A stretch of 64,000 nucleotides of DNA, taken from the IMG/VR virus record IMGVR_UViG_3300010348_001841; one strand, 5' to 3'. Source of the stretch: a virus. Its lineage: Duplodnaviria; Caudoviricetes. This document shows positions 10,401 through 18,688 of this stretch, piece after piece (within the stretch, counting starts at the first letter, position 1; each line of letters begins with the position of its first letter). The notes under the pieces were generated by a model that made no database searches, was not told the DNA's origin, and saw only the letters and a list, made by a program, of their open reading frames with translations. The position numbers and the translations under genes are program-made.

Positions 10401-10459
10401 TTTTTGCCTATTGTGAAATAGGGAACCGATGTTCCCTTTGCATTTAGTGTCACTGCCAT
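7403..10459 (-). CDS. Long tail fibre protein
   Basis: ATKQYVD-WK..V..ATT-LSGLQTIDGV-NRVLVKNQ-NGIY module, GDTMTG, xxGIGxxP beta repeats and C-terminal SGVTLRFAGTASTGNRTLAQRG...FVISGAGLT. Confidence 0.8.
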   Translation of the reverse strand: MAVTLNAKGTSVPYFTIGKNGTTLYQGSSDPTGSYTVQNGDLWIDSATNALKIRDTGSWTPPSLGPLSFPNSTGSSGEILTSDGAGNLYFSTTGAGSVTSVSVVTNNGFAGSVATSTSTPAITLSTTVTGILRGNGTSMVAAVAGDFPTLNQNTTGSAASLTTGRSITATGDADWTVTFDGSTNVSAGLTLASVNSNVGSWGSASSVPTFTVNAKGLVTAASNTSIQIAETQITDGTILARVGSNETITGNWTFNNPVVGADPTVASNFATKQYVDNAVAGLTWKTPVLVATTANITLSGLQTIDGVSVTAGNRVLVKNQNTTSQNGIYVAASGSWTRATDFDSVTPIDEINGAAVFVTTGSTQSDTGWTETATVVTVGTDPITFVQFSAAGAYTAGAGLSLTGNTFNVGTASSSRIVVNVDDIDLATVTDSGTGTFLKLTRDSYGRVSGTTAVVASDITGLVNSTYVLKAGDTMTGALQVNSTLGATGTATLNGVTNIGGGIAPGNYVLRALSTTGDRLRIASLGAGSGVSMDVTDSGETTTARPLTLGASNSNVYLGSSTQFTKAASGMVGIGVTPNANWRAGAYALQTGPFVSLWTQANGSSNLGFGVYEGGTNTFNYLTTGDAPTLYSQISGRHRWFNGPSGTANGSATLTQYMELDSAGQLLVGAGAPSLGSVPFIVRVGTNQNAAIVSQSSAATLIGYSDTGVSAKLRVVGSTLELSGNGSTTHVTLDSSGQLGIGKTPAQKLDVQLARGTWNTYETSTGIAWVGAAANGYASGIQFTDVANSHRWQIVKAPAADQLVVQGGGDYWAGGGAPYGRYDTSGFTGMSTTSGQGLQVVFRGGPTGTNGGALNFANWNNSSSEVQMARIYCQTTSGSVGNEAGDMIFYTKAAGGSLAQALRLTDGKQILDSNNLELGWKRIPASSTTSGNLAASDVGKHIPATSGVTVPQSVFSIGDAVTIYNNTSGNITITQASGVTLRFAGTASTGNRTLAQRGLCTVLCIASNEFVISGAGLT

Positions 10460-10463
10460 ATTG

Positions 10464-10512
10464 TCTCCTGTTCAGACTTTCGTCTGTCTAGGCATAAGCC
10501 TAGTCATTGAGA
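10464..10512 (-). promoter_or_regulatory. Structured 5' leader: two hairpins closed by a short stem covering the RBS
   Basis: Minus strand CUAGGC-UUAU-GCCUAG and CAGAC-GAAA-GUCUG, enclosed by UCUC/GAGA (part of AGGAGA). Confidence 0.45.
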
Positions 10513-10519
10513 TTTTTAA

Positions 10520-11061
10520 TTACGAAATCTTGTAAATAAACAAATCCTTGTATATTCCGCTTGTATCATATACATATACACCATTCTTATAGATATATGT
10601 AAATCCATATTGCCAACCACCATACTCAAATGTAATAACATCACCCTGAGATAGTGTGATTGGCATAATTACTGTTTCATTTGCGTTGGTATCGGTAGTA
10701 ACTATATCACTATTTTCGTTGATGTATAATCCAGAACCTAATGCTGTTCCGCCGCCGTCAGAGCGTCCCATACCAAATTTCACATTACCCAGACCATTTA
10801 CTCCACCAATTAGAAAATCTGTTGCCATTGTAGGACTATAGGGATTTGGATCAAATGCCAGATAATGAAGACCCACTGACAGCAAAGAATAATCATTGTG
10901 CCACCGGTATAATCTGCCGTATCTGCTGGATTCCTAAAGGGACTATCACCGGGAAATGTACTACCGGGCGATGTAAGGTCGAAGACCAATGGACCAGCAG
11001 GTGTCGAGATCACAGACATTGTCACACCACGAATATTTGCACCACGAATATTTGCTACCAT
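10520..11061 (-). pseudogene. SPRY/lectin-like paralog of 11069..11773, split by a 1-nt deletion near 10896
   Basis: Track ORFs 10810..11106 and 10520..10885 join into one 180-aa protein if one A is added (ACA AAT GAT). N-terminus MVANIRGANIRGVTMS matches MVATMKGIQLQGVTFS; C-terminal GDVI...YIYKNGV matches GDVI...YFYKNGV. Confidence 0.6.
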
Positions 11062-11068
11062 GATTTCC

Positions 11069-11773
11069 TTATACTGAAATTCCGACCACATAGCCGGCGG
11101 TGGCAAATGGGAATGAAATAATTGGATCTAGAGGATTCTGAGGAACCCCGTTTTTGTAGAAATAGATAGTATTGCCGTCAACACCACCGTCGATGGTAAC
11201 AATGCCAATCACATCTCCGGCTGTAAAAGAAGATGCATTAAAAGTTCCGCCAATGAGGCCGTCATTCTGGTAATATGCAACATATGATAGATATGCATTC
11301 CCATCATAGGTATCGGGGTTAAAGCCATAAAGATTATCTGGCCCCATATAATCCGGTGATCCTGCCGAAAATGTCCCTACCATCGTTATGGCAGCAATCT
11401 GCCCTATAGTAATTTCTACTACCGAACCATTGGCTGTAAATGTGGTACCTGAACTCGATAATGCCGATGCTGATGCTGTTCCATCAAATGTTACAGTTTT
11501 ATTGCTATTCGTTAAGGTAGCATATGTCGAAACCCATGATCCGGGAAGCTGATCATTTGGCGGATTCGGATATGTTTCTCCACCGGGTGTTCCTGTTAAC
11601 CATGTTATTCCGCTATCTATTCCCACTATGCTTGGAAAATCTGCTTGATAATCCGTAAAATAGGCCATTGTACCGGAATTTCCATTTATGGATGTCTGGT
11701 ATGGGGACGGGGGCAAGGCTGTTGTACTAAAAGTTACACCTTGAAGTTGAATACCCTTCATTGTTGCTACCAT
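11069..11773 (-). CDS. SPRY/B30.2-like beta-sandwich virion protein
   Basis: TLTNSNKTVT...FTAGDVIGIV...IYFYKNGVPQ pattern; strong RBS AGGAGG; late promoter at 11797-11804. Confidence 0.55.
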   Translation of the reverse strand: MVATMKGIQLQGVTFSTTALPPSPYQTSINGNSGTMAYFTDYQADFPSIVGIDSGITWLTGTPGGETYPNPPNDQLPGSWVSTYATLTNSNKTVTFDGTASASALSSSGTTFTANGSVVEITIGQIAAITMVGTFSAGSPDYMGPDNLYGFNPDTYDGNAYLSYVAYYQNDGLIGGTFNASSFTAGDVIGIVTIDGGVDGNTIYFYKNGVPQNPLDPIISFPFATAGYVVGISV

Positions 11774-11799
11774 TTTATGATCCTCCTATAATCCTATAT

Positions 11800-12402
11800 T
11801 TATCTAAAACAGTTATCAGTGTTGGTGCTAAGATCGATATCCTTATGATTTTCTTTTAGTCCTAATATGTAATTTTTTGAATTCTGAATTGCTCGACCAG
11901 TATCAATCCAGCGGGCCGCACCATTTTCTGAAGGATACCATATGTACTGAATTCCCGGGTAATAATAATGACTATTGAATGCTAACCTTGTATAACACAT
12001 TCGTTCATGCCAATAACACCCCATTGGCCAATCCAAGGATTTTGCCATTTCTGTATTGCAGATTACTGCATGATGTAAAAGAAAAGGAAAATCAAACGCC
12101 CGATCTTTTGAAAATTCATAGCCCCTAAGGAGCATCGGGCCTGACATTTCATCGCCATATGAAATTGAAATATTTTTCTCATTCATGGTGTCTGTCATAT
12201 GCTCACACCGTTCGAGAAAATTTACAGGCAATGTATCGTTTCCACCATCTAAGAAACAAAAATATTTCTTTTTCACATTCAGCATCGCGTGAACTTTGGC
12301 GGCATACAAGGCTGCGGCGGTCGGTTTTGAATATGGATAAACAGAAAGATTAGGAATACCTTCTATATTATTTCCGAGTGATATGAACTCTATATCAAGC
12401 AT
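11800..12402 (-). CDS. Putative GT-A fold glycosyltransferase-like protein
   Basis: KYFCFLDGGND (DxD-like motif after a beta strand), ISYGDE, LHHAVI; size fits a minimal GT-A domain. Confidence 0.45.
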   Translation of the reverse strand: MLDIEFISLGNNIEGIPNLSVYPYSKPTAAALYAAKVHAMLNVKKKYFCFLDGGNDTLPVNFLERCEHMTDTMNEKNISISYGDEMSGPMLLRGYEFSKDRAFDFPFLLHHAVICNTEMAKSLDWPMGCYWHERMCYTRLAFNSHYYYPGIQYIWYPSENGAARWIDTGRAIQNSKNYILGLKENHKDIDLSTNTDNCFR

Positions 12403-12405
12403 TGT

Positions 12406-12423
12406 CTATTTATTGATAAATAG
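12406..12423. promoter_or_regulatory. Palindromic back-to-back late promoters
   Basis: ctatttat-tg-ataaatag between the divergent genes starting at 12402(-) and 12445(+). Confidence 0.65.
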
Positions 12424-12444
12424 TGCATTACGACAGGAAAATAT

Positions 12445-13695
12445 ATGCCACGCATTAGTCTATGGAATCCAGTCAAGGGAACCGATTATAATTTCGTCGA
12501 TCGCACTATTGGAGAAAATTTCCGTATTGCAGGTGACGGTATTCTTGTACACATGTACGAGGGTCCGACTACGGATGCCAAAGGTAATACTGATACAGAT
12601 GTTACAACTATTCAAGATGTATTATTCCTGGAGAACATCAATAGAAAATACAACCCGGATGTTATTGAACTTCGCGGACACTATACACCGCAGGATGTAA
12701 ATTATGATCTTTCGCAGTTTGGTATTTTTCTAAGCTCCGATGTTATTCGTATTCAGTTTCATTACAACGATATGGTAGATGCGCTAGGTAGAAAACTTAT
12801 TCCCGGTGATGTGCTAGAATTTCCTAACATGCGCGATGTTCCGTTGAATAGCGAGGTTGGCATCAATAGATACTATGTTGTCCAGGATGCCCTATACGCG
12901 GCCGGCGGCTACGGGCAAAAATGGTTCCCACATATCTGGCTGGTTCGTGCAAAAATGATTTCTGCAAGCCCAGAATACACTGAGATTATCAATCAGGCTG
13001 CTACAGGGCAGACTGCAGGCGGTGTCGGTCAGGGTATTGGTGTTATGCCAGAAGGTTTTACCGAAACATCAGATAAAAATGGCAATCCCGGAAACGGTTG
13101 CAATCCACAGATTATGAATGCATTAGACCTATTCTGTAAGATCACAAAAATCACAGACGAAGTTATTGTTGAGGCAGAGAAAAATGTTTTCTTTGATCCA
13201 AAGTTCTTCGAAAGTGCAAATCTTTACATTTACTTGGATCCAGAGACAGGTTACCCAATTATCGGCAGCAACTATTTCAGCGGCGACGGTGCACCACCTA
13301 ACCTCTCTACAGATAATGAAAAGAATCTAGTGCCTAGCGGACCACTTGTGGGTGCCGGGGTTCAGTTTCCACCCGGTATGCTTGATGGACAATATTATCT
13401 GCGTATCGATTATTACCCAGAGCGTCTATTTCAAAAGCAGGGCAATTGCTACAAACTTATTGAGGTAAATGTTTTGAAGAATTGGACCGCATACAACCGC
13501 GTGCTAGATACATTCATTGATAACAACAGAGATACAGTCCTATCCGACGGCACTGTTGTTCCTGAAAAACAAGCTGTCTCTCAAGTTGTGAAACAGAAAG
13601 TTGATCTTTATGCAGAGCGTAAGGTACAAGTTACTGCGGCAGAAGCTGCACGATCTGCAGTGGCCGACGAACGCGCAAAAAAGAAACCTAACTAA
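12445..13695 (+). CDS. gp14: Neck / head-completion protein (T4 gp14-like)
   Basis: MPRISLW...IQDVLFLENINRKY...DLSQFGIFL...LGRKLIPGDVLEFP; lies upstream of the gp15-like gene. Confidence 0.7.
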   Translation: MPRISLWNPVKGTDYNFVDRTIGENFRIAGDGILVHMYEGPTTDAKGNTDTDVTTIQDVLFLENINRKYNPDVIELRGHYTPQDVNYDLSQFGIFLSSDVIRIQFHYNDMVDALGRKLIPGDVLEFPNMRDVPLNSEVGINRYYVVQDALYAAGGYGQKWFPHIWLVRAKMISASPEYTEIINQAATGQTAGGVGQGIGVMPEGFTETSDKNGNPGNGCNPQIMNALDLFCKITKITDEVIVEAEKNVFFDPKFFESANLYIYLDPETGYPIIGSNYFSGDGAPPNLSTDNEKNLVPSGPLVGAGVQFPPGMLDGQYYLRIDYYPERLFQKQGNCYKLIEVNVLKNWTAYNRVLDTFIDNNRDTVLSDGTVVPEKQAVSQVVKQKVDLYAERKVQVTAAEAARSAVADERAKKKPN

Positions 13696-13703
13696 GGATA
13701 TAA

Positions 13704-14213
13704 ATGGTTATCTATAAACACACATGCATTATAACCGGAAAGTGTTATATTGGAAAAACTATAAAAACCATGGGGGAAAGATGGGCAGAACATTGTACAG
13801 ATGCTAAATATCATCCTCGTAGAAAATTTTTTGCCGCATTACATAAGTATGGTAAAGAAAATTGGATTCATGAAATTTTATTCGAATGTGATAATGAGGA
13901 ATTATTAGCAGACAAAGAAATTGAATATATAGATTTTTTTGACTCTGTGAAGAATGGTTACAATACACTCAGCGAACGAACACGAACATATACACATCGA
14001 GAAGATTCTATACAGAAAATGAAAATTTCACAAACATTACGGCATGCAATGAAACGATTAGCAGGTACCGAGGGTGGATGGAAAAGAAAAGACGGTGGCG
14101 CCATGCTTGGCAAACCTCATCCACGAAAAGGAAAAGAAAATAAAAAATGGGATACCAAAGGGACCCGAGGATGGCGATTAGAAGACGGTAAAAGAGTCTG
14201 GTTCAACAAATAA
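13704..14213 (+). mobile_element. Free-standing GIY-YIG (Seg-like) homing endonuclease
   Basis: MVIYKHTCIITGKCYIGKT...RWAEH...KEIEYI...NGYN; inserted between gp14 and gp15. Confidence 0.85.
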
Positions 14214-14224
14214 GGAGGAGAGGA

Positions 14225-15642
14225 ATGGATTTTTTTACGATTCACAACTAAGAAGATATCTTCTACAATTCATGAGAATTTTCTCTGACATAAAAATCAG
14301 AAACGGTCCAGATGCTAATGGATTGTATACCATCACAACCGTACCAATTTTATACGGTGATCCATCGTCTATGGTTGCTCAACTTATAAAGGGTGTTAGT
14401 GAAAATACAATGCTTCCTGCACCTATGTTCAGTGCGTGGATAAAAAATATCAAAATGGTGCCAGAAAGAAGGCAAGATACACAATTTGTCGGACAGGTGT
14501 CTACCATAGAAAGAACATACGATCCCCAAACACAAACTTATGGATCGGGCCCCGGCATTCGGTATGATGTTGAGAGATACATGCCTGTGCCATACGATAT
14601 TACATTTCAATTGGATGTTTGGACAACAAATACAACAAACAAGTTGCAAATTTTTGAACAAATTGGTGTTATTTTCAATCCCTCCATACAACTTCAACAG
14701 AATGCAAACCTGTTAGATTGGACTGCTATATTTGAAGTGTTTATGGAAAACTTTACCTGGACAAACAGAAGTATACCACAGGGTAGTGAAATTGAAAGAG
14801 ATGTAATGAGTTTTGAGTTCAAAGTACAGGCATGGATTAATCCACCAGCTAAAGTTAAGAAGAGTGGCCTCATTGCAGAAATTGTTACAAACGTTTTTGA
14901 GACTTCCGATATACCCGGCTTGGAGGCGGCACTGAGTAACGGTGATTATGATCCATTTAGGACATGCTTTAATGGTGTGCCAACGCAAATTATTACCACC
15001 GAGGGTAATTATAAAATTAATGTTTCGTCGGGGTTATTGGGTGACGAAATTACATTGCTACATGCTGGTGGTGAAGTTGATCCACCACTATATTGGCAAA
15101 ATCTTATCGATATCTATGGACAAATTACGCCTAATATTACTAAGATGAGGCTGAAGCTTGATCCTAATATTGAAGTAGATACCCTAGATATCATAGGCAA
15201 TATTGAATTAGATCCGTTAAGACCTAATGTGTTGTTATTCACCCCAGATATCGATACATTGCCGGCAAATACTATTTTACCTATCTCTGAAATTATTGAT
15301 CCCAAGGAAGTTTCGCCGGGAAATGGTCTACCACCTGCTGCATCAGGACAACGTTATCTCCTAACATCTAGCGATAGTACAGGAGAAGAACCTGCAATAC
15401 CACCGGGTGTATCTACAAGTCCTTGGGGCAATTCAATTGTAGCATATCCCAATGATATTATTGAATTTAATGGAATTACCTGGGTAGTAATTTTTGATTC
15501 ACGAAATTCCCCCGGACTAAATTATGTTGTAAATAATGCAAATGGCATTCAATATACGTTCGACGGTACACACTGGACCTATACGTATTTTGGTACATAC
15601 AGCCCGGGTTACTGGCGCATTGATAACATAATAAAACCATAA
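14225..15642 (+). CDS. gp15: Tail terminator / sheath stabiliser (T4 gp15-like); the N-terminus needs a -1 shift at 14230-14236
   Basis: VPILYGD, ERYMPVPYDITFQLDVWT, QIFEQIGVIFNP motifs. RBS AAGGAGG plus ATG 14225 is out of frame with the track ORF 14272..15642. Confidence 0.75.
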
Positions 15643-16094
15643 TGGAAAATTCATTACTCTCTGACAAAACTGGTGTAGGAACCATTTTTGTTTCTGTCGA
15701 CACCGGCAGAGTTCTTCTAAATCTTAGAGCACCACATAAAACACATTCAATGTGTTGGTCGCTCTGGGGCGGCATGATGGAAGAGGGCGAGCAGCCCAAA
15801 GATGCACTGTTACGTGAACTTACAGAAGAAATGGGTTTTGTACCGGATATAGAAAAAATTTACCCGTTTGATGTTTATCAGAGTAAAGATAAACATTTCA
15901 AATATTATAGTTTTGTCTGTGTAGTCGGGGAAGAATTTGTCCCTATACTAAATCAGGAAAGTTGTGGGTATTGCTGGATAGACCTTGGGCAATGGCCAAA
16001 ACCAATGCACCAAGGTGCTAAAATTAGCTTTTGCAATTCAAAAGCAATTGATAAAATTAAACTAATTCTCAATCAGCACATCAAAGATGCCTGA
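15642..16094 (+). CDS. NUDIX hydrolase
   Basis: Nudix box GGMMEEGEQPKDALLRELTEEMG; TAATG coupling to gp15. Confidence 0.9.
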   Translation: MENSLLSDKTGVGTIFVSVDTGRVLLNLRAPHKTHSMCWSLWGGMMEEGEQPKDALLRELTEEMGFVPDIEKIYPFDVYQSKDKHFKYYSFVCVVGEEFVPILNQESCGYCWIDLGQWPKPMHQGAKISFCNSKAIDKIKLILNQHIKDA

Positions 16095-16701
16095 CTTCGT
16101 AAACAATCTCGAAGTCCGGGCAATCGTAGAACATCTGTGGTGTTAAGTTTTTGTTCTCTTTAATCATTCGCTCAAAATTGGCGAAATTTGTCTCATAATC
16201 GGGCTCTGCCATTAGTGCTGTTCGTACAAGTTCAACACAGCTGAGAGCCTTATCGCTTGTTAGATCAAACAGAGAATCGTAAGGTTTTCCTAGTTCTGTC
16301 CTAGCCTTGTCCATTACCGCAGTCCAGTGTTCGGCTGACATATTCTTAGGTTTTAACAAAACGACACCATGAACCATGAATACTAAATCAAAGGGCGAAT
16401 AATGAACACCAGCACCGGTTGCTTCTACTAACCTAAAATCGTCGTCTGAATGTACATCATTTTCAAGGTTCATTAGAGCATGGGCCCAGTATGACCATTT
16501 TCCAGAAACTATCCAACTTGCTAAACCTACAAAGAAGGTAGATAAATGATTTTTTCTGTGCGTCAAAATAACATAATAGTTAGGTGTAAGATATTCTCTA
16601 ACCTTTGTTAATTCGGTCTCTGTGAGGCCATCACTATAGCCCCAATGAATTTTTCCGATTGTAATAACAACCCAATTTGCAAAAGATTTCCATAATGACA
16701 C
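16081..16701 (-). CDS. Permuted papain-like (YiiX/YebB, NlpC/P60 clan) amidase
   Basis: WAHAL (His) precedes GKPYD...LSCVELV (Cys). Probable GTG start at 16701 after GGAG; track start is 16737. Confidence 0.75.
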   Translation of the reverse strand: MSLWKSFANWVVITIGKIHWGYSDGLTETELTKVREYLTPNYYVILTHRKNHLSTFFVGLASWIVSGKWSYWAHALMNLENDVHSDDDFRLVEATGAGVHYSPFDLVFMVHGVVLLKPKNMSAEHWTAVMDKARTELGKPYDSLFDLTSDKALSCVELVRTALMAEPDYETNFANFERMIKENKNLTPQMFYDCPDFEIVYEVRHL

Positions 16702-16705
16702 AAAA

Positions 16706-17218
16706 TTATTCTCCGTAAATTGCAGGCCAACCAGCATAGGAATTATACGATGCAGGATCCTGACTTGCTGACATTTCTTGCCTCTTCTGTTCTGCTACTC
16801 CGAATAAAATTGCATCTGAAGTAGCCGCTGCCATAAAAACCTGCATTGCCAGGGTTTGTGTCATTACCACAAATGCACCCGACATTGTTTTCCAATTGAG
16901 ATTCTGTGGCAAATTGGCTCCCATCATTACCAGGGCGATTTGTTGAATCCGTGATGTTGTGTCAGAATGAAACCAATAATCAGTTCCATTCACATTTATT
17001 TTATATCCGCCATCAAGTTTACGGCGATCTCTCTCATTCTTTATCTCTTCCCATTTTATAAATCGTGTTTCTTCAAGAATTAGAGTATCTAGGTCTTGTT
17101 GAGAGGGTAACTGACCACCAGATATAACGTCTATATTTTCATAAATAGATCCATTGCCCGGAGCACTGAATGCAATTTCTGGGTAATATTTTGATAATAC
17201 ATCAACATATGTAATCAT
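16706..17218 (-). CDS. Tail fibre assembly-type protein (DUF4376-like)
   Basis: KWEEIKNERDRR...WFHSDTTSRIQQ...WKTMSGAFV...GWPAIYGE. Confidence 0.7.
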   Translation of the reverse strand: MITYVDVLSKYYPEIAFSAPGNGSIYENIDVISGGQLPSQQDLDTLILEETRFIKWEEIKNERDRRKLDGGYKINVNGTDYWFHSDTTSRIQQIALVMMGANLPQNLNWKTMSGAFVVMTQTLAMQVFMAAATSDAILFGVAEQKRQEMSASQDPASYNSYAGWPAIYGE

Positions 17219-17973
17219 AACAGGATCTCCTGAATAACATAGGTTCCGGAATTAGTTGTCGATCCGAAGGCCTGGCCGGTGACGCCTTGGCAGTAGAAGA
17301 CCGTGACTGCTGAATTAGGTCCAGCCCTAAAAGAATATGTTCTGGTTGTTGTTGATCCACTTGGAGCGGTTACTACCATACAGTAATTGTTACCATCACC
17401 TGTATCTGTTGTGAATCCTAGCATCTGTGATCCAATATTTGTTGTTCCTGAAAATATTGCACCCGAAGTAAACACATTGCTTGCAGAGTTCACGGTAAAA
17501 AATGAACTTACGGTAATAACAATTGTGCTATCAGCAGAAATAGGTGTAAACGATTGAGACCACAATTGAACACCTTCTGTACTTAATGGTGTTGTGTTGT
17601 CAAAGGGTATCTGCAGATTCGAAGATGTTGACGAAATAGTACCGACGACAGTCTGCAGAACTTTTCCTGTTGCTAACCATGCTGTACCATTATAGTATTC
17701 AAGGGCCGATAGGGTAGAATTGAATCGTGTCATGCCGGCGGCTGGCGAACCAGGGCGCTGCGCGGTAGTTCCAATGGGAAGTGTAAGTGATGCAGTGCCG
17801 GGTGCTATAAGATTATCGGCAAGCCCAACGGTTAATGATGGCAACGAACCTGTCACTGATGTTTGATTTGCGACACCAGAAACGGCATTAATGCCAGTTG
17901 TGGCTGTGAGGACAAGTACACCATTTACATCAGGTGTATCAAGAAAAGATAATGAACCAAGGACTTCTGCCAT
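17215..17973 (-). CDS. Short fibre / receptor-binding protein
   Basis: LPIGTTAQRP..P.AGMTRFNST...EYYNGTAW motif followed by a GKVLQTV...FTPISADS beta-sandwich ending in IQEI. Confidence 0.6.
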   Translation of the reverse strand: MAEVLGSLSFLDTPDVNGVLVLTATTGINAVSGVANQTSVTGSLPSLTVGLADNLIAPGTASLTLPIGTTAQRPGSPAAGMTRFNSTLSALEYYNGTAWLATGKVLQTVVGTISSTSSNLQIPFDNTTPLSTEGVQLWSQSFTPISADSTIVITVSSFFTVNSASNVFTSGAIFSGTTNIGSQMLGFTTDTGDGNNYCMVVTAPSGSTTTRTYSFRAGPNSAVTVFYCQGVTGQAFGSTTNSGTYVIQEILL

Positions 17974-17974
17974 A

Positions 17975-18688
17975 TTATTGTACCGGCCTTATATTTGAGT
18001 TTGCTATGGTGCTTGCATAATTGTATGTCAATGCTGTTCCTGCACCAGTATTTAGTAATGTATTTCCGTTGCCACTTACATCAGCACAAGAAACAACTGT
18101 TGAACCTTGTGCTAATTCATCAAATTCATATGATGCTAGAAGCCCATACGTGATTCCGTGACGGGCACCAAATGCAAGATATATAGATTGAATTTCTGGC
18201 TGTGTCAGTGCTCTTCCATAGTATCCATACCAATCTACCTGATATGCGGTTGTTTCATTTGTGGTTCCAGTAGGTGGATAACCATTTATATATACCTGTG
18301 TGAATGCATTTTCATTTACGGGTGCAACTACTGATGTCGCCAATAATGTATCATTTCTATATATCCTGCTTGTTGTTCCATCAAAGGTATATGTAACAAG
18401 AATCCATGTATTATCATAAGCGCCCATTGTGGCAGGACTATTCACGATAACAGAACCACCATACGTCCAAATAGATAAAATGTTTGCTCCGCGGGCGCCT
18501 ATCTGAAGCCCGACAGTCGGTGTGCCCGTCTCCGGAACACCATCATAGAGTCCGACGAAACTATAGGTATTTCCACTTGACCATACCGCATTTATCCATA
18601 CCGATATTGAATACGGAAGACCTGCAGACCTGAAATTTGTTCCGGTGCAATATAAATGACGATTTGATGCATTACACTGTATTGCCAT
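17975..18688 (-). CDS. LamG/ConA-like lectin domain protein
   Basis: YSISVWIN, WILVTYTFDG...IYRN, YGRALTQPEIQSIY, GLLASYEFDE...DVSGNGN. Confidence 0.75.
   Translation of the reverse strand: MAIQCNASNRHLYCTGTNFRSAGLPYSISVWINAVWSSGNTYSFVGLYDGVPETGTPTVGLQIGARGANILSIWTYGGSVIVNSPATMGAYDNTWILVTYTFDGTTSRIYRNDTLLATSVVAPVNENAFTQVYINGYPPTGTTNETTAYQVDWYGYYGRALTQPEIQSIYLAFGARHGITYGLLASYEFDELAQGSTVVSCADVSGNGNTLLNTGAGTALTYNYASTIANSNIRPVQ

Noticed and set aside
10935-10945. CCC TTT AGG as a programmed slip site explaining the split SPRY-like gene
   Set aside because: The heptamer is in the wrong phase and the -1 frame has a TAG at this point. The break must lie further downstream, near 10896.
13696-14224. 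Group I intron around the GIY-YIG gene
   Set aside because: Only about 10 nt of non-coding sequence on each side, so there is no room for an intron core.
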